Source: a virus
Lineage: Duplodnaviria > Caudoviricetes
Virus record (IMG/VR): IMGVR_UViG_3300044924_000016
Coordinates: 1 to 28,248 of that record
Length of the DNA: 28,248 nt
Reading direction: 5' to 3' (one strand)
Below are positions 1-7,420 of the stretch, piece after piece. Both the position numbers and the translations under genes were made by a program. The first letter of the stretch is position 1. Each line of letters starts with the position of its first letter. The notes beneath the pieces are model-generated. The model made no database searches. It was given only the letters and a program-made list of their open reading frames with translations, and was not told where the DNA came from.

Positions 1-171
1 GGCCGCGTGGGCCGGGTGACCGGCTCGGGCCGCGTGGACGCGGTGACCGGCTCGGGCTCCGTGGACGCGGTGACCGGCTCGGGCTCCGTGGGCCGGGTGG
101 ACGGCTCGGGCTCCGTGGGCCGGGTGACCGGCTCGGGCCGCGTGGACGCGGTGACCGGCTCGGGCCGCGTG
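1..171 (+). repeat. 27-bp in-frame tandem repeat, 6 full units plus a partial seventh
   Basis: Units GGC(CGC/TCC)GTG(GGCCGG/GACGCG)GTG(ACC/GAC)GGCTCG start at 1, 28, 55, 82, 109 and 136; partial unit at 163. Confidence 0.95.
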
Positions 172-618
172 GTGTCCGCTGCGGGCACCTCGACGATCCA
201 CATGCACGGCGGCACCATCGAGCACGCCGCCCCACACGTGGCGGTCTTCCTCCACTCCGCCGCGGCCACCGTGACGGGCGGGCACCTGATCGACCTCACA
301 CAGCTGGACCTGAGCGACGTCGAGCAGTGGCGCGCCCACGTCGGCGCCGACCACGCCGTCAACCCCAACAACAAGGTCCTGGTCATCAGCGCGGTGTCGT
401 CCGAAGACCATCCCGGGAAGCTGAACCGCGCCGGCCAAATCGACATCGGCTGCTGGCACGGCACCCCGACCGCGCTACGCACCCTCGTTCACGGCGATCG
501 CTGGCCCTCCGGAGCCGATGAGGAGATCCGCGAGCAGTACCGGCCGCGGATCCTCGCGTTCGCTGACCTGTGCCAGGCACAGGTCGACGTCTGGGCGAAG
601 ACCGAGGCCAAGCCGTGA
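1..618 (+). CDS. Phage protein with 9-aa tandem repeats (probable beta-solenoid) and a C-terminal IGCWHGT domain; probably 5'-truncated by the window edge
   Basis: Frame is open from base 1. Repeats G[R/S]V[GR/DA]V[T/D]GS. Stop TGA overlaps the next GTG (615-618). Confidence 0.75.
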   Translation, partial: GRVGRVTGSGRVDAVTGSGSVDAVTGSGSVGRVDGSGSVGRVTGSGRVDAVTGSGRVVSAAGTSTIHMHGGTIEHAAPHVAVFLHSAAATVTGGHLIDLTQLDLSDVEQWRAHVGADHAVNPNNKVLVISAVSSEDHPGKLNRAGQIDIGCWHGTPTALRTLVHGDRWPSGADEEIREQYRPRILAFADLCQAQVDVWAKTEAKP

Positions 619-995
619 GCGCCGTCGTCGTTGCGCAGCAGTACGACCTCTTCGGCGAAGACGAAGCCAAGAAAGCCGAGCGCGCGCGCCGTCGGGAGTG
701 GAACAACTCGCCGCACACGTGCCCGTCATGCGGTCGGACCGAGCGCAACGGGCATCTGCTCTCGAACCACCACGGCTACCAGTTCGGCCAGGAGGGGATC
801 GGCGGCTGGCCGCTGTTCCAGCACCCGAACTACGGCGCGCACTGCGTCGCCCAGAGTCTCGTGCGGAATCACATTCGGTTCGCCGTTCACACCGGGCGTC
901 AGGCGCTGCTCGCTGACCGGTCCGCACGTGGCCGCGAGCTGGGTCTCGACGTTGAGGCGATCATCGCCGAGGCCCGGGCGGAGATGGACTCATGA
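615..995 (+). CDS. Hypothetical phage protein with CxxC motif
   Basis: GTGA overlap with the upstream stop; QYDLFG motif; HTCPSCG; ends in an ATGA overlap. Confidence 0.7.
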   Translation: MSAVVVAQQYDLFGEDEAKKAERARRREWNNSPHTCPSCGRTERNGHLLSNHHGYQFGQEGIGGWPLFQHPNYGAHCVAQSLVRNHIRFAVHTGRQALLADRSARGRELGLDVEAIIAEARAEMDS

Positions 996-1201
996 GCTGC
1001 TGGGACAGCACCCCCGACCAGTGCACCGGCTGCCCCTACTGCCGCGAAGCCCGCGCGGCTGGACCCGACCAGCCCGTCACCTACCCCGACGAGCAGGCCG
1101 CGGCGACGGCGCATCTGGCCGAGCTGCAGGCCCGCGCCGACCACGCCGCCGCCCTCCACCAGTCCCGCGCCACCCGCTCTCGTGAAAGGAGCATCGCATG
1201 A
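992..1201 (+). CDS. Small Cys-rich hypothetical protein
   Basis: ATGA-coupled on both sides; CTGCPYC. Confidence 0.65.
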   Translation: MSCWDSTPDQCTGCPYCREARAAGPDQPVTYPDEQAAATAHLAELQARADHAAALHQSRATRSRERSIA

Positions 1202-1725
1202 GGATCATCGGGTTGGATCTGTCGTTGACCGCGACCGGTATCGCGATCATCGACGACGGCGTGACCAGCGTCAGCACCGTCACCTCCAAAGGCGCCAAGA
1301 CCGCCACCCTCGAGGAACGGGTCCACCGTCTCGACGACATCGAACGCCGCATCCTCCACGAGATCGGTATCGAGCCGGCGGACCTGATCGTCGTCGAGCA
1401 GCCAGCCTTCTCCCGCACGACGGGGCATCACCATGACCGCTCCGGGCTGTGGTGGCGCATCGTGTCCGCAGCCGACTTCGGCATCGGCCCCGTTGCCGAG
1501 GTTGCGCCGACGACGCTGAAGAAGTACGCCACGGGGAAGGGTAACGCCTCGAAGGATGCGGTCCTCGCCGCCACCGTCCGCCGCTTCTCCACCATCGCGG
1601 TGGCGAACAATAACGAGGCTGATGCGCTGGTCTTGGCGGCGATGGGCGCCGACCACCTCAGTCACCCCATCGCCGCGATGCCGGCGGCTCACCGGGTCGC
1701 GCTCGAGGCGGTGAGATGGCCATGA
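1198..1725 (+). CDS. RuvC-like Holliday junction resolvase
   Basis: IIGLDLSLTATG, VVEQP, APTTLKKYATGKGNASK and NNEADALVLA match RuvC motifs; SD AAGGAG upstream. Confidence 0.92.
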   Translation: MRIIGLDLSLTATGIAIIDDGVTSVSTVTSKGAKTATLEERVHRLDDIERRILHEIGIEPADLIVVEQPAFSRTTGHHHDRSGLWWRIVSAADFGIGPVAEVAPTTLKKYATGKGNASKDAVLAATVRRFSTIAVANNNEADALVLAAMGADHLSHPIAAMPAAHRVALEAVRWP

Positions 1726-2027
1726 AGACCAGGAAGTCGATGAAGCGGCGGCTGCCGTACCGGGTCCGCGTCACCAAGAACCCGGTCACCGGCCTGTGGT
1801 CGTGGACCTGCCTGCCCAGCTGCGTCTACCCCGCGTTCGCCTACCCGACCCGGGCCGGCGCCCACCGCCGCGCCCTCTTGCACGCCGCGTGCTGCCTCGA
1901 CCTCCGCGCCGCGAACCGGCGCGCGCTGCGTTGCTGGAACTGCGCAGGCCGTCGCCGCATCAACGACGGCGAATGCGTGGTGTGCCTCGGCAAAGGGTGG
2001 ACCCGCGAGGACGAAGACCATGGCTGA
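1722..2027 (+). CDS. Small basic Zn-finger protein (DnaJ-like CxxCxGxG motifs)
   Basis: ATGA overlap at 1722; CWNCAG...CVVCLGKG. Confidence 0.6.
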   Translation: MKTRKSMKRRLPYRVRVTKNPVTGLWSWTCLPSCVYPAFAYPTRAGAHRRALLHAACCLDLRAANRRALRCWNCAGRRRINDGECVVCLGKGWTREDEDHG

Positions 2028-2445
2028 ACTCGTCGACCCCAGCAGGATCGAGACGATCGTCGGTGCCAGGCGCCATCCGACCAAGCACATCGCCCGCGCG
2101 ATCTCTTCCGAACAGACCGTCTACATCCTTCACGCTGACGACTGCGCCGCCCGCAACACAATGCGCCCTCTGACTGAATGCAAGTTCAGCCGATCCCTTG
2201 ACTTCGGGATCGATCCGGCCCGCTGGGCCGACAGGCAGGACCGCCCCGTCTACATCGTGATCGACGCCGAAACGCGGCTGGTCCCGAAAGTCTGCCCGCG
2301 AAACCACGACCCCGAACCCTGGCTCAGTTCGGGGCTGGCGATGGCGCAGAACTCGTGGTGGGGACCTCAGAAGTGGAAGCCCCGCGCCGAGTACTGCCAG
2401 GACGAGTTCTGCCTCGGATACCCGCACAACGCCGAAGCTCCATGA
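2020..2445 (+). CDS. Hypothetical phage protein
   Basis: SD-like GAGGA; fills the operon gap; VYILHxxxC...ECxFSxxLDxGID; ATGA coupling at its end. Confidence 0.7.
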   Translation: MAELVDPSRIETIVGARRHPTKHIARAISSEQTVYILHADDCAARNTMRPLTECKFSRSLDFGIDPARWADRQDRPVYIVIDAETRLVPKVCPRNHDPEPWLSSGLAMAQNSWWGPQKWKPRAEYCQDEFCLGYPHNAEAP

Positions 2446-2588
2446 CCCGCCCACCGCGCCCACTCGGCTGCTCCTGGTGCGGACATCCCCAGCACGGCCC
2501 CATCTGCCCGCGCGACATCGAAACCGGCACCGCGAAAAAGCCCCGACCGATCCCCTGCCCCTGCGCACGACACAAGGAGAACAAGTGA
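2442..2588 (+). CDS. 48-aa Cys/His-rich peptide
   Basis: MTRPPRPLGCSWCGHPQHGPIC...CPC; overlaps both neighbours by 4 nt. Confidence 0.6.
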   Translation: MTRPPRPLGCSWCGHPQHGPICPRDIETGTAKKPRPIPCPCARHKENK

Positions 2589-3829
2589 CATCCACGAAAC
2601 CCGATCCGCTGCGGATCGTCAGACTGACCGCCGAGAACGTCAAACGACTCAAGGCCGTCGAGATCACACCCACAGGTGACCTGGTCACCATCACCGGCCG
2701 CAACGCCCAAGGCAAGTCGTCCGTCCTCGACGCGATCTGGCTCGCCCTCGGCGGCGGAACCGCGTCGAAGGCCACCGCCCGCCCAGTGCGTGACGGCGAG
2801 ACCCACGCCCAGGTCGTCCTCGACCTCGGAGAACTTACAGTCACCCGCACGTGGCGCGGCGAACGCTCCACCCTCACCGTCGCGTCCGCCGACGGCGCCA
2901 CCTACAACAGCCCCCAGCGCGTCCTCGACGCCCTGATCGGGAAGCTCGCGTTCGACCCGCTCGCCTTCACACGCCTCGGAGCGAAGGAGCAGCGCGACGC
3001 GCTCCTCGACCTGGTCGACCTCAACGTCGACCTCGCCGCCCTCGACGCGCAACGCAAAGCCCTCTACGACGAACGCACCGAGGTGGGCCGGCAGGGCAAA
3101 GCGATCGGCGACCCGCCGCCGATCGACAGCACCCTCCCAACCGTCGAGCAGTCCGCTGCCGATCTGATCGCCCAGATCAGGGCCGCCGAGGAGCAGCGGC
3201 GCGACATCGAACAGGCACGCATCAACCTGGACCTGCTCGTCAAACGGGGCACCGAGGTCACCGAGGCGATCGCACAGCTACAGGCCGAGCTGCAGATCCT
3301 GGGCCAGCAGCACGCGGCCCAGCAGGCACGCCTCGACGCCGCGCCCGCCCCGGCCGACACGGCTGTCTTGGAGGCTCAGCTCACCGACGTCGAGACCGCA
3401 AACGCGAAGATCCGCGCCAACACGGCAGCCCGCGAGAAGCACGCGGCCCATGCCGTGCTGCACAAGCGATACGCCGACCTCAACAATCGGATCAGCGATC
3501 TGGACCGGGCCAAGGCCGAGGCTCTCGCCGGGGCAACCTTCCCCGTCGCTGGCCTCGGGTTCGACGAGGCCGGTGTCACCTTCAACGGCATCCCGTTCAG
3601 CCAGGCCAGCAGCGCCGAACAGATCCGCGTGTCCCTGGCGATGGCGATGGCTCTCAACCCGACACTGCGTGTCATCCGTATCCTCGATGGCTCGCTCCTC
3701 GATGAAGACTCCATGCAGATGGTCGCCGACGCCGCGAAGCAGGGCGGATACCAGGTGTGGATCGAACGCGTCACCGACCCGTCCGAGTCCGCGATCGTCA
3801 TCGAAGACGGAAGCGTGGTCACGCCATGA
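2585..3829 (+). CDS. SMC/RecF/SbcC-like ABC-type ATPase with coiled coil
   Basis: ENVKRLK, Walker A GRNAQGKS, long coiled coil, signature ASSAEQ, Walker B-like IRILDG; SD AAGGAG before GTG 2585. Confidence 0.9.
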   Translation: MTSTKPDPLRIVRLTAENVKRLKAVEITPTGDLVTITGRNAQGKSSVLDAIWLALGGGTASKATARPVRDGETHAQVVLDLGELTVTRTWRGERSTLTVASADGATYNSPQRVLDALIGKLAFDPLAFTRLGAKEQRDALLDLVDLNVDLAALDAQRKALYDERTEVGRQGKAIGDPPPIDSTLPTVEQSAADLIAQIRAAEEQRRDIEQARINLDLLVKRGTEVTEAIAQLQAELQILGQQHAAQQARLDAAPAPADTAVLEAQLTDVETANAKIRANTAAREKHAAHAVLHKRYADLNNRISDLDRAKAEALAGATFPVAGLGFDEAGVTFNGIPFSQASSAEQIRVSLAMAMALNPTLRVIRILDGSLLDEDSMQMVADAAKQGGYQVWIERVTDPSESAIVIEDGSVVTP

Positions 3830-4830
3830 CCACGGCCCTTCAGCCCGTCGAGGTACCCCGCGACCGGTTCGGACGCCCCCTGATCGTCCCGCCTCACGGT
3901 GGCAGACCGATCCCTTACACCCGCTGCACCACCTACGTCGGCGCGCTCGAGGAAACCTACAACCTGGGCCAATGGCAGATGCGGATGGTTGCGGCCGGTG
4001 TTGCAGCCACACCCGGCCTCCCAGCCCGGGTCGCGGCCCTCGGTCTTGAGCCGGCCGCCGATCCGGCGAAGAAGGAGTGGAAGGACAGGATCACTCCGCT
4101 TGTCGAGGAAGCGATGAAGACCGCCAAAGTCAGAGACAAGGCGCGGCGTGGCACAGAGTTCCACGAGATCACGGAGTACTTCGAACGTACTGGCGACCTG
4201 ACCGATGTACCCGAGGAGTGGCAGCCGAACCTCGACGCGTTCATCGAAGCCACCAAGGGCCTCCGGTCGGTGGCGATCGAGCAGTTCCTCGTCAACGACG
4301 AGCACCAGGTCGGCGGCACCGCGGACCGGATCTACCAGATCGCCGGGGTCGACGGTTATGTAGTCGGCGACCTGAAGACCGGCAACATCAGCTACGGCAT
4401 CGGGAAGATCGCGATGCAGCTGTGCATGTACGCCCACTCCCAGATGTACGACCTCACCACCGATGTGCGCACCCCAATTCCAGGTCTGCGTACCGATTTC
4501 GCGATCGTCATGGATCACGACATTCCATCGGCGACGTGCCGCCTTGTCGAGGTTGATCTTCGCCCGGCGTGGGATGCGATCCAGCTCGCGAAGCAGGTCA
4601 GGGCGTGGCGGTCGTTCGCGAAGCCGAAGAACCTCACCAAGCCGTGGATCGCGCCCCAGATCGACGCGATCAACGCGTCCCTGGACGTCGCGATCGCCCA
4701 GGCCACCTCTAGGGAGGACCTGGCCCGTCTGTGGTCCGAGGCCGTCGCGAGCGGCTCCTGGACCCCAACCCACACCGCGGCAGCGCAGCAGCGTCTCGCC
4801 GTACTCGAGTCCGCCACCCCGGCGGCATAA
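3826..4830 (+). CDS. PD-(D/E)XK exonuclease (Cas4/RecB-like)
   Basis: RGTEFH, E, GGTADRI, VGDLKTG and QLCMYA motifs; ATGA overlap. Confidence 0.88.
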   Translation: MTTALQPVEVPRDRFGRPLIVPPHGGRPIPYTRCTTYVGALEETYNLGQWQMRMVAAGVAATPGLPARVAALGLEPAADPAKKEWKDRITPLVEEAMKTAKVRDKARRGTEFHEITEYFERTGDLTDVPEEWQPNLDAFIEATKGLRSVAIEQFLVNDEHQVGGTADRIYQIAGVDGYVVGDLKTGNISYGIGKIAMQLCMYAHSQMYDLTTDVRTPIPGLRTDFAIVMDHDIPSATCRLVEVDLRPAWDAIQLAKQVRAWRSFAKPKNLTKPWIAPQIDAINASLDVAIAQATSREDLARLWSEAVASGSWTPTHTAAAQQRLAVLESATPAA

Positions 4831-4845
4831 CCAAAGGAGAAATCC

Positions 4846-5436
4846 ATGTCCACCTCTAGCTACAACTGGGAGACCGTCGAGGTCCCTCACGGCAGCTTCA
4901 TCGGCTGGGGCGAGTACCCCGGCCAGCACGTCACCGGCAAGGTCCTCGACTACGACTCGCGGGGCGGCACCGACTTCAACAGCGAGGTCTGCCCGCAGCT
5001 GACCATCGAGCTCGTGGAACCGGCCGCCAGCTTCAACAAGCAGGGCGAGCGCACCGACTACCCGGCCGGTGACCTTGTTCTGGTCACGTGCGGCCTCGTC
5101 TCGCTCAAGCGCGCAATCAAGGCCGCTGACCCTTCCCCCGGCGACATCGTCAGGATCCTGCTCGAGAACCTCGAGCGAGTCCCGAACGGGACCGTGAAGG
5201 TGTTCAAGCTGCAGATCGCCCGCGGCGCCGCACCCGAGGCCAGACGCCAGCCCGCCGCTGCGCCGACCCAGCAGCAGTTCGGGCAGGCCCCGTCTCAGGC
5301 GTTCGGCCAGGCCCCTGCCGCGTCGCCCCAGCAGGCCCCGGCGGCGAACCCGTTCGGCGGTGCGCCCGCCGCGCAGGCTGCCCCGGCAGCGAACCCGTTC
5401 GCGCAGCCTGCGCAGGCGACCCAGCCGCCGTTCTGA
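4846..5436 (+). CDS. Putative single-stranded DNA-binding protein
   Basis: SD AAGGAG; beta-rich N-terminal domain; Q/P/A low-complexity tail ending in PPF; follows the exonuclease. Confidence 0.6.
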   Translation: MSTSSYNWETVEVPHGSFIGWGEYPGQHVTGKVLDYDSRGGTDFNSEVCPQLTIELVEPAASFNKQGERTDYPAGDLVLVTCGLVSLKRAIKAADPSPGDIVRILLENLERVPNGTVKVFKLQIARGAAPEARRQPAAAPTQQQFGQAPSQAFGQAPAASPQQAPAANPFGGAPAAQAAPAANPFAQPAQATQPPF

Positions 5437-5458
5437 TCCAAGGAAGGAAGGTATCGCG

Positions 5459-5824
5459 ATGCCATCTGAGAAGCGCTACGTGAACCCCCGCACCGGGGAG
5501 GTGGTCGACAATCCGGCCATCCGCCCGTTCCGGGACATCCTCATCGAACTCGGAGAGGGCTCCACCCACTCCGAACTGTCCGACGCGTTCTGGGAGTTGC
5601 TGCAAAGGGTCCAGGACACCGGCAAGGCCGGGACCCTGACCCTGCAGATCTCGATCTCCCCCAACGGCTCAGGCCGTATCGACGTCAAGGACGAAGTCAA
5701 GGTCAAGCTGCCCGAGTTCAACAGGCCGCAGACCGCGTTCTTCGTCGACAACTCCGGCAACGCCTCCCGCCGTGACCCGAACCAGCCCTCTTTGCCGGGC
5801 GTCACCAGCATCCGAAAGGCCTAA
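5459..5824 (+). CDS. Hypothetical protein, YfdP-like partner of DUF2303
   Basis: SD AAGGAAGG; TGKAGTLTLQI...FFVDNSGNASRRDPNQPSLP is the pattern of ORFs found upstream of YfdQ-family genes. Confidence 0.7.
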   Translation: MPSEKRYVNPRTGEVVDNPAIRPFRDILIELGEGSTHSELSDAFWELLQRVQDTGKAGTLTLQISISPNGSGRIDVKDEVKVKLPEFNRPQTAFFVDNSGNASRRDPNQPSLPGVTSIRKA

Positions 5825-5827
5825 ATC

Positions 5828-6751
5828 ATGACCAACACCACTCTCCGTGAAGTCCAGGGCGAGGACTTCATCCCTGACGGGTTCCTCGCCGACGACAACG
5901 GCTACGCGCTCCTCGCAGTCACCGCGCAGCAGGCCGTCATGCCCCGCAAGCTCGACGAGGGCGTCTTCGCGATCCGCGACGCCAACGGCGGCATCAAGAT
6001 CGTCGAGACCGACGGCTACAAGGAGAAGCGTGAGCATGACTGGCAGCGGGCACACAGCGACGTGCCCGAGTTCGTCCACCGCCAGGTCACCGTCCTCGAC
6101 GTCGACTCGCTCGTCAACTACCTCTTCCGCAACACCAACTCCGACGAGCTCGAGGTAGCCCAGGACAACCGGCACGGCTCGGGTGAGCTCGAGCTGTGGG
6201 CCGACATCGACCGCCGCACCATCAAGGCGATCATCGACGGCAGCAACGGCCTCCGCCAGCACACCGCCACCCTGCAGCTCAAGACCTCCCGCGAATGGGG
6301 CGAGTGGGCTCACGTCGACGGGAAACTGTTCAAGCAGGCCGACTTCGCCCAGTTCCTCGAGGACCACATCTCCACCATCGCCGCCCCAGACGGGGCGATT
6401 CTCCTCGACGTCGCGCAGACGCTCCAGGCCACCACCTCCACGGTGTTCAAGCAGCAGGCGATCCTCGCGAACGGGCAACGCCAGTTCCGCTGGGAAGAGA
6501 CCATCGAAGCCCGCGCCGGCCAGTATGGCGACCTCAAGATCCCCGCCGAACTCACCCTCGTCCTGCAGCCCTTCCAGGGCGCTGAGAAGGTCGCGATCCA
6601 GGCAAGGTTCCGATTCCAGATCCGCGAGGGTGTCCTCTCCCTCGGGATCAAGCTGGCCGAGCCGGACAGGGCCATCGAGGAAGCGTTCGACGCCGTCGTG
6701 CGCGAGCTGCAGGACCAGATCCCGGTCCGCATCAACCACGGCGTCGGCTGA
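5828..6751 (+). CDS. DUF2303 (YfdQ-family) protein
   Basis: SREWGEW, QADFAQFLED, LANG..QF..EE, IPAELTLVLQPFQG, ARFRFQI. Confidence 0.85.
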   Translation: MTNTTLREVQGEDFIPDGFLADDNGYALLAVTAQQAVMPRKLDEGVFAIRDANGGIKIVETDGYKEKREHDWQRAHSDVPEFVHRQVTVLDVDSLVNYLFRNTNSDELEVAQDNRHGSGELELWADIDRRTIKAIIDGSNGLRQHTATLQLKTSREWGEWAHVDGKLFKQADFAQFLEDHISTIAAPDGAILLDVAQTLQATTSTVFKQQAILANGQRQFRWEETIEARAGQYGDLKIPAELTLVLQPFQGAEKVAIQARFRFQIREGVLSLGIKLAEPDRAIEEAFDAVVRELQDQIPVRINHGVG

Positions 6752-6758
6752 GTCGCGT

Positions 6759-6786
6759 GGGTCATCCGCCCCTGAGCGGGTGGCCC
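6759..6786 (+). terminator. GC-rich stem-loop without U-tract (possible terminator or processing site)
   Basis: GGGTCATCCGC-cc ctga loop-GCGGGTGGCCC: 11-bp stem with two G-U pairs, directly after the DUF2303 stop. Confidence 0.4.
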
Positions 6787-6826
6787 GCCCCACCCAGCCG
6801 ACACCGACCACGACACGAGGAGACCT

Positions 6827-7420
6827 GTGACCCTCATCGCAACCCCCGACATCGCCGTCCTTGAGCGGCAACTCGCCGATGCCGTCGCCCGCGAGCGGTG
6901 GCCCGAAGCCGAGCACTTCGGGAACCTTCTCGACCAGCTATGCGCCGAGCCAGCCCCACCGGGACTCTGCGACGCCGCGCTCTGGTACGCCAGCCTCGGC
7001 ATCCCTGTGTTCCCCCTTGAGCCCGGCGGCAAGCGGCCCTATCCCGGCTCCCACGGCTGCAAAGACGCCACCCTGGACCCGACCCGAATCCGGGCCTGGT
7101 GGGACGCTGCCCCCTCATCGAACATCGGTATCGCTACCGGACACATCGTCGATGCCATCGATCTCGACGGTGCCCAAGGCGTCAAGTCCTGGAGCGGTGA
7201 GATGTGGGGCTCGCTCCCGCCCATTATCGGGACCGTTCGCACAAGAAGACCTGGCGGCTGGCACCTCTACATAGCCCCCACGGGCATGCACAACCGCGCT
7301 GGCATGTTTCCCGGCGTCGACTACCGAGGACGAGGCGGATACACAGTGGCACCACCGTCGATCACCGTCGGCGTCACCTACCGGTGGGCACGGTCCCTCC
7401 ACCTCGGGGGCACCGCATGA
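6827..7420 (+). CDS. Bifunctional DNA primase/polymerase (Prim-Pol, AEP) catalytic domain as a stand-alone gene
   Basis: VFPLEPGGKRP, HGCKDAT, NIGIATG, DAIDLDG, GGWHLY, GVDYRGRGGYTVAPPS; SD GAGGAG. Confidence 0.92.
   Translation: MTLIATPDIAVLERQLADAVARERWPEAEHFGNLLDQLCAEPAPPGLCDAALWYASLGIPVFPLEPGGKRPYPGSHGCKDATLDPTRIRAWWDAAPSSNIGIATGHIVDAIDLDGAQGVKSWSGEMWGSLPPIIGTVRTRRPGGWHLYIAPTGMHNRAGMFPGVDYRGRGGYTVAPPSITVGVTYRWARSLHLGGTA

Noticed and set aside
1-171. 27-bp repeats as a CRISPR array
   Set aside because: Units are contiguous with no unique spacers and keep a reading frame.
3826-4830. Cas4-like nuclease as evidence of CRISPR-Cas
   Set aside because: No other cas genes or array; stand-alone PD-(D/E)XK exonucleases are normal in phage recombination modules.
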